NCBI GenBank assembly: GCA_902551155.1
Contig: CACDBG010000004.1
Coordinates: forward strand, 1-62,134
Direction of reading: 5' to 3'
DNA: 62,134 nucleotides
Source of the DNA: an uncultured Verrucomicrobiota bacterium
GTDB taxonomy: Bacteria > Verrucomicrobiota > Verrucomicrobiia > Limisphaerales > UBA1100
The translations under genes were made by a program, and so were the position numbers. Shown here one piece after another: positions 10,435 through 20,544 of the stretch (position 1 is the first letter of the stretch; each line of letters opens with the position of its first letter). The notes beneath the pieces were generated by a model that did not search any database, was not told where the DNA came from, and worked only from the letters and a program-made list of their open reading frames with translations.

Positions 10435-10559
10435 AAAACGCAGGCACATCCTCAAGGCGAAAAGTCTATTAAAACTACGGGCGCTAATAGGAGCGCCAAT
10501 TATCTCCCCCTAAGTTTCTATGGTTTGACTTCAAAATATTGGTCAAGCTTTCAAAAAAA

Positions 10560-11300
10560 TCATGGAAGGCGGCCCAAATTCGAAGCCCAAAATCTAATTA
10601 AACTAGCTATATGCCATCTCAAATAGCGATAGCTTTTGCTGCTATCACGCCGCGCATTGTGAACTGCTCTAGTCGAGGTGACAGCGCCCAAACCCAAGCC
10701 CATCCTACGGGTGCGTGCGCATAAATCGACATCCTCACAATACATAAAATACCGTTCATCAAAACCAGATAGCGCCACATAGTGTTCTCTTTTGATTAGC
10801 AGGAACATCCCCGCAATCCAGTGCGGCTCAATCTTTTCCTCGTTGGAATCGCAAGGCCACCGCCCATTGACCAGTCCGGCTTTTCTTAGGATCATTCCCC
10901 AAGGTGTAGGGAAAACTCGACAATTGTCCTCAATGTCTCCTTCGGGATTGAAAATCAGTGGGGAAGAAATAACCCATCTAAATTTTTCCATTGCAGCAAT
11001 AAGAGCATCATAGGGATTATCTATAAATCGGATATCAGGGTTTAAAACACAAAAATATGGAGTGTCGCAATGCATGAAAGCTGCATTATGATTTGCCCCA
11101 AATCCTTTAGGCGCCGGATTACGTAACACTGTAGTTCTTGAACCAAGGGACTCCGATAGAGGGATTTCTTCTTCTGGGAGATTATAAGTTAGAATCACCC
11201 TTGCTTTAATACAAAATTTGTCCAAATCCTCTAGCAACTGCCTAGCAATAAGCGCTTGGCCATGGCTGATAATTGAAATCGTAACAACAGAATCCTTCAT
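10560..11300 (-). CDS. GT2 glycosyltransferase (WbbL-like, likely rhamnosyltransferase)
   Basis: Motifs GFGANHN, VLNPD, WIAGMFLL and GFDERYFMYCEDVDLC. Confidence 0.82.
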   Translation of the reverse strand: MKDSVVTISIISHGQALIARQLLEDLDKFCIKARVILTYNLPEEEIPLSESLGSRTTVLRNPAPKGFGANHNAAFMHCDTPYFCVLNPDIRFIDNPYDALIAAMEKFRWVISSPLIFNPEGDIEDNCRVFPTPWGMILRKAGLVNGRWPCDSNEEKIEPHWIAGMFLLIKREHYVALSGFDERYFMYCEDVDLCARTRRMGLGLGAVTSTRAVHNARRDSSKSYRYLRWHIASLIRFWASNLGRLP

Positions 11301-11302
11301 TC

Positions 11303-11866
11303 TTATTTTATTTCAAAGACTCCAAACGTGCAATATTGACGTAAGTATTTGTCGAACCAACGAAATTTGAATGGAGAATAAAAGAACTCAACAGGTCTGT
11401 ACTCTGCAGAGATAAAACACCGGACTAGTTTCTCTTTATCATAAAATATTTTATGATCCGGATCACTCGCATAGCCTCGGAGCCCTGGCACCCCAACCAC
11501 CAGCTTGCCATGACTTCGTAGTACCCGCCGAACCTCGGCAAGGATCGCCGCGGGAGATGATATATGCTCTAGAACATTGTCCATCAAAATACTGTCAAAT
11601 GAGTTATCCTCAAATGGAAGCAAATCGGGCTGCATAACATGAGCCTTCATTCCCTGTGATTTCAACCAATCAATGGTAAGTGGATTAACATCGACCCCTG
11701 TCATCTCAGGCCGATAACGCAGCATATCGCCTATCCCGCAACCAATGTCTAGTGTATCCCCTTGCAGATATGACGATATTTTTGGATAGAGCCACCACCG
11801 GCGATATATAAGCCCCAGTTTACTCCTCTTCTTCAGATATTCGAAATACTCTTGATGGTCGGCCAC
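11303..11866 (-). CDS. Class I SAM-dependent methyltransferase
   Basis: Motifs LDIGCGIG, GVD, LPFEDNSFD, VLEHI and EVRRVL..GG/HG. Confidence 0.85.
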   Translation of the reverse strand: MADHQEYFEYLKKRSKLGLIYRRWWLYPKISSYLQGDTLDIGCGIGDMLRYRPEMTGVDVNPLTIDWLKSQGMKAHVMQPDLLPFEDNSFDSILMDNVLEHISSPAAILAEVRRVLRSHGKLVVGVPGLRGYASDPDHKIFYDKEKLVRCFISAEYRPVEFFYSPFKFRWFDKYLRQYCTFGVFEIK

Positions 11867-11870
11867 AATA

Positions 11871-12932
11871 TTATTTTTCGAGAATTTTGAGAAAATTTGC
11901 TGTCTGGCTGCATTGCCTAAAACAATTTGGAAGAAGATTTTGATCTATAGCTGTATTTATCTGTGACGCTTTCAACATGGCTTGAGGCAAATCACTATCT
12001 TCATCGAATAAAACACCCGTCTCACTATCTTTAATCAAATCTCTATTTCCATCAACATTTCTGAGAACACAGGGAGTCCCAAGGTAAAGTGCTTCCATCG
12101 CCGCACGAGAAACCCCTTCCGACATGGACGGCAGCACAAAAGCATTGGCTGCCCGAATTATGGGATACGGTTTATCCACATGTCCGTGTAGATGAACGTT
12201 ATTCTGTAAGTCAATATCATCAACCAAACCTTTTATGTGAGACTCAAGCGGTCCTTCACCTAACATATCCAGTTCTACCTCATGACCTTGTTGCCGCAAT
12301 TGTTCAACCGCCTTGATCAACAACTCTGGTCGCTTGCGGGCAGTTAAAGACCCCACAAAAACAAATCTGACCGACTCCTTTGCTTTAGGTTGTTCCCGAA
12401 ACTTTTCCAGCACCTTCTCATCCACAAAATTTCCGACTATTACAGGAGAACGCCCCAAGAACTTTGAGATTTGGTTAGCCATTTCAGTCGTCATGGCAGT
12501 CACCACATGAAAACGGCGGAGCATGATTAAATGAAAATACGCCAATAATCGTCCCTTAAATCCATAGTCCATCTGATAGTTGACAGGCAGATTCCCTCGA
12601 ACACTACTGCATATTATAGCAAAATCACGGCAAAACAAATTTACGACATCGGAAGAAAAGCCTATTGAAACGGACACTAATTCATCGGCCGCCCCGGATT
12701 GGTTCAAAAGTTCGCGAAATTTCAGGATTTTCTTTACGAACCCAGAAGCTATTTCCCATAGTTGAATCACTTCAACCCGTTCATCAATATACGCCGCAGC
12801 ACCGTTTCCCGGCTTCAGTGAGACGAGAAAAACCCTTCGGGTCTCAATCAGTTGGTTGGCTAGCGCAATAGCTCCTTTGACTGGGCCCGTCGGAATAAAC
12901 GATGGCACAATGATAAAAAATGTGCGTTTCAT
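11871..12932 (-). CDS. GT4 (GT-B fold) glycosyltransferase
   Basis: Motifs FVGSLTARK, GEGPL and FVLPSMSEGVSRAAMEA (EX7E). Confidence 0.88.
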   Translation of the reverse strand: MKRTFFIIVPSFIPTGPVKGAIALANQLIETRRVFLVSLKPGNGAAAYIDERVEVIQLWEIASGFVKKILKFRELLNQSGAADELVSVSIGFSSDVVNLFCRDFAIICSSVRGNLPVNYQMDYGFKGRLLAYFHLIMLRRFHVVTAMTTEMANQISKFLGRSPVIVGNFVDEKVLEKFREQPKAKESVRFVFVGSLTARKRPELLIKAVEQLRQQGHEVELDMLGEGPLESHIKGLVDDIDLQNNVHLHGHVDKPYPIIRAANAFVLPSMSEGVSRAAMEALYLGTPCVLRNVDGNRDLIKDSETGVLFDEDSDLPQAMLKASQINTAIDQNLLPNCFRQCSQTANFLKILEK

Positions 12933-13160
12933 TGGAACTCAGCAATAATACATTCTGCTCGCTTATCCCAATTGTAGAGATCGCTGTAATCACTATAAGC
13001 CTTTTCGCCGATGCTATAGGCTAGGCTCTTGTTAGACATAATCCATTCCAATGCAGCACACCATTTAAAGGATCCTCAGGAGTAACTAGCAAGAGTAATA
13101 CCCCCCTCGGACAGGCACTCCTGGATGAAGTGAGGGCGCAATAATGAATATGTCGCGCAT
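12929..13160 (-). pseudogene. Chimeric relic of two glycosyltransferase paralogs
   Basis: The 5' part reads MRDIFIIAPSLHPGVPVRGG(ITLAS), similar to the N-terminus of 11871..12932. The 3' part reads LLVTPEDP/KWCAALEWIMSNKSLAYSIGEKAYSDYSDLYNWDKRAECII, similar to the C-terminus of 13160..14314. It contains indels. Confidence 0.75.
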
Positions 13161-14314
13161 CATAATTCTTTGGCCGCATCCAGCAAGCACCGTGCACGAT
13201 GACTCCATGTGTGGTGGGTACTATAATCATGATGAGCACATGCACTCAGCGAATTAGCAAAATCCTTATCTGTGAGCAGTCTATCCAGTGCCTTATTCCA
13301 AGCAGTTACGTTGTTTGGCGACACAAGCAACGCGTTTACGCCATCAATTAAAATCTCGCGTAAGACAGGCAAATTCGATGAAATAATTGGAACTCCGCTT
13401 GCCATATATTCAAACATTTTCATGGGAGACATCCAACGTGCAGTATCATGACCGGCCACTCCTATAGAAACATTTTCTTGGTATGGCATAAGTAAAACAT
13501 CGACCGAGCGCATCGCTTGTTGCGCCACTTGGTGTGGCACGTGACCAATGTAAATCAAATTCGTTAATCGATTAGATTTCTTTTTAATCAGTACATCATC
13601 CTCATTTCCCCCAAATAAGAGAAATAAAACATGAGGATGGGCCTTGGCCATTTCTTCAATCACCTCTACCCCACGCCCAGGATAAAGATGGCCGAAATAA
13701 CCACAAATGCTCTCCCAATGACCTTCTATTCCCGGCAAAGTTTCGATCAACTGATCACGCCGTGCTGATCTGGGGATAGGCTCAATTCCATCAGGTGCTG
13801 CGTCGTGAAGCACCAAAGTGCGGGCAGGGCCAATCCCGTGGTGCTGTTCAAGATAATACTTTAATTTATTTGACACAACAATGGTGGTAACCCAAGGACA
13901 TAACATTGTTCCCCTCTGTAGTAATTTACGAAAACCAATTTCTAATTGATGCGTTTCAAACAGGACAGGCCGCCTCATCACGAATCCGATCAGAAATGAA
14001 GCGTAGAGATTTCTGGAAATAAGTGCATCAGGCCATTTTCTCCGCATTAAATCCCAAAGGGCATGCACTGCAATCCGCAGGTTGGTGGCGAGTTGGAATC
14101 TACTGTAAAAAGATACAATCCGTGCCTTACGCAAATCTACACCATAAGCCGTAAGAATGGTATCGGGAAGATCCTCATCCTTTGGGATTGCACGCCTTGC
14201 AAAAAGCACAACATCAGACCCTTTATTAATTAAAGCAGCACATTGCATGACAACATGTACCGAATTGGCAGCTCGCGAGGGCACTGTGGATGGTGAAATA
14301 TAGACTAACTTCAT
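13160..14314 (-). CDS. GT4 (GT-B fold) glycosyltransferase
   Basis: Motifs GYFGHLYPGRG, DVLLMP and SPMKMFEYMASGVPIISS. Confidence 0.88.
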   Translation of the reverse strand: MKLVYISPSTVPSRAANSVHVVMQCAALINKGSDVVLFARRAIPKDEDLPDTILTAYGVDLRKARIVSFYSRFQLATNLRIAVHALWDLMRRKWPDALISRNLYASFLIGFVMRRPVLFETHQLEIGFRKLLQRGTMLCPWVTTIVVSNKLKYYLEQHHGIGPARTLVLHDAAPDGIEPIPRSARRDQLIETLPGIEGHWESICGYFGHLYPGRGVEVIEEMAKAHPHVLFLLFGGNEDDVLIKKKSNRLTNLIYIGHVPHQVAQQAMRSVDVLLMPYQENVSIGVAGHDTARWMSPMKMFEYMASGVPIISSNLPVLREILIDGVNALLVSPNNVTAWNKALDRLLTDKDFANSLSACAHHDYSTHHTWSHRARCLLDAAKEL

Positions 14315-14476
14315 TCTTGCTTCTCTGGCATCTGCTCAGCAATGGAAAACAATGCACACCTCATCCAGCTAGCTAGTCCCAATTTCACTTTTCACGCATT
14401 TTGAAGAGCCCTTTTGCAGCCGAAAAGGATTATAGTTTATAGCATATAGGCAACTCTAGCAGTCTGTTGGGTTTAT

Positions 14477-15259
14477 CTATTGCAAGTGATTTACAATCTC
14501 TTCCATAACTTCCTTTGCCATTACGCCTCGATTTTGATCTTTAGCGACACTAGGCTCTTGGTTTTCAATTTCTCCACGGAGGCACAATCGGATTGCCTCC
14601 GCATAAGATGCATATTTTAATTTCTTCAATGCCGCCAAATGGAAATCCAATGATATAATCCGCTGGCTTCGCAAAGGGAAAAATTTTATTACCTTACCCG
14701 TATCGATGCCCTTATCAACTAGATAAGCTGAAACGCCCGCAACTTGGCCGTCCTTTAAGGCCCATATGGATGCATCCAATCCCCGGTATTCTGGAAGTTT
14801 AGCGGGATGTATATTGATTATACCACGTTTGAATTTGGCAATCACTTCTGAGGAAAGAAGCCCCTCGGAGGAATACATTACTGTAATATTATTAAAACAA
14901 TTCTGAGCGTTTGATTCCCAATTATTATTTAGGTATATAACTTTATACCTATTGCAAATACTATCTAGGAAGCCTAATAAGTATATAATAATTTGTTTTA
15001 CACCCAATAAACTCAGTGCTCTGGCTATGATAAAGCGTATCCGCTGAGGAAATTTTATTGCACTTCCCAAAAGTTCTTGGCGTATTTGGATTTGCTTTAA
15101 ACGCTTTGGGTGCAGCTCGGATCTGGGTGCTACTAAAACAAATTGTACATGGAATTCGTTTCTTTTAAGAGAGGAAATAAAAGATAGTAATCCTAAATCA
15201 ATTTGTTGGCATATGACAGTGACTTTCGTTGAGCAACTATTTTGATCCAGCTTAGCCAT
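14477..15259 (-). CDS. Formyltransferase-family protein (putative sugar N-formyltransferase)
   Basis: INIHPAKLPEYRG and VDKGIDTG motifs of N10-formyl-THF-dependent transferases. Confidence 0.75.
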   Translation of the reverse strand: MAKLDQNSCSTKVTVICQQIDLGLLSFISSLKRNEFHVQFVLVAPRSELHPKRLKQIQIRQELLGSAIKFPQRIRFIIARALSLLGVKQIIIYLLGFLDSICNRYKVIYLNNNWESNAQNCFNNITVMYSSEGLLSSEVIAKFKRGIINIHPAKLPEYRGLDASIWALKDGQVAGVSAYLVDKGIDTGKVIKFFPLRSQRIISLDFHLAALKKLKYASYAEAIRLCLRGEIENQEPSVAKDQNRGVMAKEVMEEIVNHLQ

Positions 15260-15269
15260 GAATTAATAT

Positions 15270-16787
15270 CTATTGAAACTTGTTCGGTGCAAACTTGTAT
15301 TTTTCATTTATATGATCGCCTAGCCTTAAGGACAATGCAGCAATTGTGTAGAAGGGATTAGCATACCCGTAACCAGGAAACACGGAAGGTCCCGATACAT
15401 ATAGATTCCTAATACCATGGACATTTAAGTTATTATCCACCACCGAGTCATCCGATGCTGGCCCAATCCTCGTGCCACCCATAAAATGGGAGTGTATCGC
15501 TGTAAACTCTCCTGATCCGGGTCGTTTATAAAGGAACTCGCCCAAATCATTTGCCCGCAATTGATCAGAGAATATGGAAAGGAATTTCTCGGCATTTTCC
15601 CAATCGTCTTCATTAAACCTCCAATCAATGGCAGCCAGAGGCAACCCGCTCTGCGACTTCCTGTCAGATAACTTAATTCTGTTCTCAAGGGAGGCTGATT
15701 GATCGAAATAGGCGCGAACTGCTAATGTCTTACCCGATCGCCCTGATGTACCTATGTTATCAATGACCTTGTAAACCGAAACACCAAGATTTGCCAAAGT
15801 TTCAACCAAGGCCCCCTTCCCTGAACGGGTAATCGGCAGAGAACCAAGTAGGTTTTTTATATAGTCAAATATCCTAGTTGCACGATGATTAAACGGCGAA
15901 TCAAATCTTAGGCAATGGTTCAGCAGTTGATTTTGTATTAAAGTTTTTTCTGATAAACCAAATTGAAGCCGGCTGGAATACGTTGAGTGCTTCCTCATGG
16001 CAAACAGGAAGTGATCCGATGCGAGCGGCTTATCGAGCCTGATTATTCCAACATTTCCCTTTGGATGCGTAGAAAAGTACCTGCCAATATTGTTATACAG
16101 ATTTGGAATGGAATCCCTAATGCCTCGTAAGCTGTGTAATAGAATACGAACATTCGTGAGAGTCCCTGCCGCGAGGATATACACTTTTGCTGATATAAAT
16201 ATATTTTGCTTCTGCGCTTGGTCATAAACCTCAATTTTTGTAATTGATGTGTTATCTGCTGAGAGCTGCAGACGTGTAGCGGAGCAATTCTTGAACAATT
16301 TTATATTTGCATTGTCTGCAACCAATACACTCGTGGAATACGGTGTATTTAATACAACCATTTTTCGTGGGTCCAAAATAGTGTGCTTTAGTACGTCAAA
16401 ATCACTCCATTCAGAACATTCATCACTTATTGATTGATTGATTCCAATATAGTGATCTACACGCTTGTACAACGATTCAAGCTCAGCTTGGTCGACAGGC
16501 CAATCTTTGGAATTAAATTCGCGGCGCCCAATCAGGTCAATGGAATCCATTTTTGCCAGACCGCCCGCCCACAAATTTGATGACCCTCCTATTTGCTGGG
16601 AAAATCCAAATTTAAGATCTCCGGCGATGTTGCCGCTAGATATATCAATCACATTCAGCGGGTTTGAATCAAGGTTATCATCACCTGCCTCAACCACAGC
16701 TACCCTCACCCCCTGAGAAGCGAGCTCATGAGATGCAAAGGCTCCTGCTGGCCCGCTACCTATAATGCAAACGTCAAAGTGAATAAT
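15270..16787 (-). CDS. GMC-family FAD-dependent oxidoreductase
   Basis: Motifs IGGSSNLWAG, YILAAG, HFMGGTRIG, VVD.NL.VHG..NLYVSG.SVFP and ANP..TI.ALS.RL. The FAD motif DVCIIGSGPAG lies in frame upstream of the track's GTG (16709), so the start is placed at an ATT (16784 or 16787). Confidence 0.85.
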   Translation of the reverse strand: MIHFDVCIIGSGPAGAFASHELASQGVRVAVVEAGDDNLDSNPLNVIDISSGNIAGDLKFGFSQQIGGSSNLWAGGLAKMDSIDLIGRREFNSKDWPVDQAELESLYKRVDHYIGINQSISDECSEWSDFDVLKHTILDPRKMVVLNTPYSTSVLVADNANIKLFKNCSATRLQLSADNTSITKIEVYDQAQKQNIFISAKVYILAAGTLTNVRILLHSLRGIRDSIPNLYNNIGRYFSTHPKGNVGIIRLDKPLASDHFLFAMRKHSTYSSRLQFGLSEKTLIQNQLLNHCLRFDSPFNHRATRIFDYIKNLLGSLPITRSGKGALVETLANLGVSVYKVIDNIGTSGRSGKTLAVRAYFDQSASLENRIKLSDRKSQSGLPLAAIDWRFNEDDWENAEKFLSIFSDQLRANDLGEFLYKRPGSGEFTAIHSHFMGGTRIGPASDDSVVDNNLNVHGIRNLYVSGPSVFPGYGYANPFYTIAALSLRLGDHINEKYKFAPNKFQ

Positions 16788-16788
16788 A

Positions 16789-17946
16789 TTACCTCGGTGG
16801 TTCCTTTAATAATCCAATAAGATTAATCCATCTTAAAGGGTAAATAAATTGGTAAAATGGCACAAAGACTACCCTGTCAAATGCCAGCTGGGCTCGGGGC
16901 AATTTATCTTTTATTCTAAATATACTATCATCGTTACATTTCATTGAAAAATATTCAATGGAATCGGCATAGCTTCTTCTGAAACAGTTTACTTTGACCA
17001 ATTTCGCATTTGCCATAAATCCCTCAGCGGTTTTTCTATCCCTAAATATAATGGGAACGCCCTGGCAATAACCTCCGCGAATGGCACCCGATAAAACAGT
17101 GGGGATTAAAAAGGAATCCGTTGCTGTTGATAGTTCTTCGAGTTCCGTCACCCATTTCTCAAAAATCCGGTTCTTGTATGTTAAATATTTAAGATCAACG
17201 AGAGCTAAAGCAGCGCCTATTGGGTGAGCTCTCATCTTTTTCCCGAAGCCGAATGGTGGGATCGATTTATGATCTGTCAATTTTGATGCTGGAAATTTCT
17301 TGAAGCTTTCCTGGTGTCCATAGGCCGCCATCTTAAGGGCTATTTTCGGGCAGTTGGTAATGGCAAGGGCGCCTTCTCCGGCTGAAACTGCTTTTGCGCC
17401 TTGCAGGCTAAATATACCAATGTGCCCCCATGTTCCTACCATCCTCCCATTGATTTTCGCTCCATGGGCATGGGAGCAATCTTCTATTACGAGAACGTTA
17501 TTTTTATTAGCCCAATCCATAATGCTTTTCATGTCACAAGGGTTTCCATAGAAATGAACAACAATTAGGATGGAGGGTTTGGGGTTTAATTGGGAAAGAA
17601 TCGCGCAATCAAGATTCAAAGTTTGTTCCGAAATATCGATAAAAACGATTTTTGATGAGAAACTCACCGCCGAACAATAAGAACTTGGAATAACGAATCC
17701 CGAAGTGGCAACCAGTGATGTAGAATTGGCGTCTAGGGAAAACAAGGCCGCTTCAGTGGCGCTGGTAGCATTAGAGAACATCATGGCATGAGCTGAGCCG
17801 GTGTAACTCGAAAACCTGTCTTCCAGCTTACGGACAGGAGTGGGGTACGCTGTAACTTGGTTTTTCAGCACGGCCAAAACAACATGCACTATCTGAGACA
17901 CTCGCGTGATAACAGTGAATATTAAATAATATAAACTATTATACAT
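16789..17946 (-). CDS. DegT/DnrJ/EryC1/StrS PLP-dependent sugar aminotransferase
   Basis: Motifs VHFYGNPCDM, IEDCSHAHGA and FSLQGAKAVSAGEG. Confidence 0.88.
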   Translation of the reverse strand: MYNSLYYLIFTVITRVSQIVHVVLAVLKNQVTAYPTPVRKLEDRFSSYTGSAHAMMFSNATSATEAALFSLDANSTSLVATSGFVIPSSYCSAVSFSSKIVFIDISEQTLNLDCAILSQLNPKPSILIVVHFYGNPCDMKSIMDWANKNNVLVIEDCSHAHGAKINGRMVGTWGHIGIFSLQGAKAVSAGEGALAITNCPKIALKMAAYGHQESFKKFPASKLTDHKSIPPFGFGKKMRAHPIGAALALVDLKYLTYKNRIFEKWVTELEELSTATDSFLIPTVLSGAIRGGYCQGVPIIFRDRKTAEGFMANAKLVKVNCFRRSYADSIEYFSMKCNDDSIFRIKDKLPRAQLAFDRVVFVPFYQFIYPLRWINLIGLLKEPPR

Positions 17947-19140
17947 TATCGAATTTGCTTAAAATTAATATTTTGCGCCCTTCGTTAAACGGAGCATCAC
18001 ATACAATTAAATTGTGCCGATCGGAAATTCGTGGATGCAGATCGCATCTTAATTCCACTTGATACTGAGAATGACTGCGGACTTCCCCCAACTTTTTCAG
18101 TGCATGATGATCGTTTAAACCACCGATATATAGTGACATATTTCCCATTCGATTTGGATAGCTATCTACAACAACCCTGTTGCCATCAGCAAATACTGTT
18201 GGATGCCCATCCCCTTGAGGCATTGATGGCCCAATTTCGACCCATCCTGCTTGTTCCTCCCACAGCGAGAACTTCGCTCCCCGCTCAACCTTCAAATATG
18301 CAAGAATCCGCTCAGAGTCAATCCAGGTATGATGACTAAAATATCCGGTATTTGATATCAGATGCGTGCTGGACTTATTTAGGTTTAATAAAACTGGGAA
18401 GATTTTACGTACATTTGTATGTGGATCAGGGTAATGAACTAAGGTTAATAATTTTGTAGAACACTCAGACCACGCCACATGATTAAGATACGGATCACTT
18501 TGCGGAGGACATTTGAGGTTAGTTTGTTCCAATATTTCGGTTAAACTAACTTTATATAGAATTTGGTCATCCTCTAAGCTATATATTGTAAGTACCTCAG
18601 CGGCGCCATCCGAATGTGTGCCAGAATAACCGTACCCAGGGCGTTTGCTTCGGAGCCTGGCAAAATTCAGGCTGGCGGCCTTCTTCCGATCCGGAGCTAT
18701 GGCCCAAAAAGGCAATTGAAATTGCCGCGTGATTCTCTTTTCTGCTACATCATAAACCAATGAACATTGTCTGCCATTAATGATGTCATTATAGGCAATT
18801 AAATTATCGGCTATCCACTGAACCCTAGAACCTAATTGCCAATTTAGCGCCCTGGTTACTTCAAGCGAAGTGAAGATATTTGAATTAATGTCAAGAAGTC
18901 CAATTTCACCGCTTTCAGGAGTAGAATATGAAGTGTATTTAAGCGGAACCCGGTGGCATAATATATTGTTCCCATCAGTACTAACCGGATCAATATCGTA
19001 ATATCCTACAAAACAATGCCCCTTGTCACCGAGTATTTTTACACCAATATCCGAACGAAAGCTGTATTTTGGCAGGATTTGACAAAATCTGACAAGGGCC
19101 TTCCGGAGTATTTTCTTTATTGCGGCTAAGATATTGATAA
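17939..19140 (-). CDS. Beta-propeller protein (TolB/oligogalacturonate-lyase-like), polysaccharide-cluster associated; start uncertain
   Basis: The frame stays open about 135 codons upstream of the track's TTG (18760), up to a stop at 19166-19168. The extension reads HCFVGYYDIDP and TRALNWQLGSRVQW. Downstream motifs are RPGYGY, DGHP, DSYP and RCDLHPR. Confidence 0.6.
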
Positions 19141-19145
19141 GAGAT

Positions 19146-20205
19146 TCAGAAAAAAATACGATTAATTATGAAGTAAGATTTGGGCCTCAATAAGAGGGCC
19201 AAACAGAAAATTGCCACGAGAGTTGCCCGCACAAACACTGTAGCCGAACGCGTTCCGATTTTCACCTTAAGACAATCAATTGCCAACAAGAAAACTACCG
19301 GATAAAGACTCAATATCACATTTGAAATGCGAAACGCAAAAAATGGCTTGATGGGAAAGCGCCAAAAAGGATGTTACCCCAACCATTTCAAGATAAAAAA
19401 GTGCACGGATTTGGACATTTTCTGTCCATCTTGCCCTTATAATCCAAAGGCCAAAAATCAATAATCCATGGATAATCAACAAGCCGTGACTACTTACTGG
19501 CATTCCATAGCCCTCTTTTTGCCAAGCCATATACAATTCAACGCGCGGATCGATAAAGGAGAACACAGACAAATTAAAGCCCGCCGCAAATACCAATCCT
19601 AATCCAAGAAATACAACAAAGAAACGAGTATATTTTGACCGTATTCCAGCGGTGTAGATACATGACTCGTAAGCTATGATAAAAGGAGCAACTGTTAAAT
19701 GCATACTTACTGCAGCGCAATAGAACAGCCATCGCCACCTCCAAGGAAGGGTCAATCCAATTGCAGCAAGTGAGACGGCAAAACCAACACGCATTTGAGC
19801 AAAATCTCTTACAACAATGAGATGAAGGAAAAACAACAGTAACAACAAACTCTTTGAACAGCCAAAGTGTTTAGCTAATCTGCTTATTGCCAATAACCCG
19901 ACGAGTCCTGTGAAGAATTGCAAAGCTTCCCATGGAAGACCCAGCGCATTGAAAGCATCTATCAACAGTCCAAACCCTAATTCAGTAAAACCTGAGGTAT
20001 AATCGACCTCATAAATGTAGCGATAGTTGGCAACATCCACACCTTCACTGCGGAGCATGCCAAAAAGATAAATTGCCGAAACGGATATCCAAACCCACGC
20101 CCGAAAGCCCTTCCAGAGATTCTTTTCTCGAGAAAGATCGATTAGGGGCACACAGATGATTGCCCCTATGGTTGTGATATAATAAATTAATGTGAAACTC
20201 GTCAT
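19146..20205 (-). pseudogene. wzy: EpsG-family O-antigen polymerase (Wzy), frameshifted near the C-terminus
   Basis: Motifs LRSEGVDVANYRYIY, ELGF, QMRVGFA and SMH in a polytopic protein. Removing one base from the A6 run at 19338-19343 gives AIFAFRISNVILSLYP...FF-stop at 19146. Confidence 0.72.
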
Positions 20206-20544
20206 CCCAGATTTACGTAATGCACACTTCGTCGAACGTAAAATACTATTATTTCAAGAAACCTGGCACTTGAGAAAATAAACTGCACGCTTCATTTAAT
20301 TAACCAGCATTCTGAAAATAGCCATAGTCCTGTGGAAACCCATGATATACCTGACTGCACCATGTTTATCACTTACGCTTGAAATGCCATCCATCCTTAT
20401 TTGGCAGTCGTCACAAAAATAATCATCTATTCACTCTGAACTAGTCGTTGCCCCCAAGCAAAGGTGATCGTTTTTGGAAAATTATATCGCACTACTTCTA
20501 TATTCGTAATTATTAAAAATGAGAGATACTTCCCAGGAGAATAA

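Noticed and set aside
14410-14455. Internal promoter or terminator (TATAAT plus a CCTTTT/AAAAGG hairpin) upstream of the GT4 gene
   Set aside because: The spacing to a -35-like hexamer is wrong (13 nt) and the hairpin is weak with no U-tract, so it cannot be supported.
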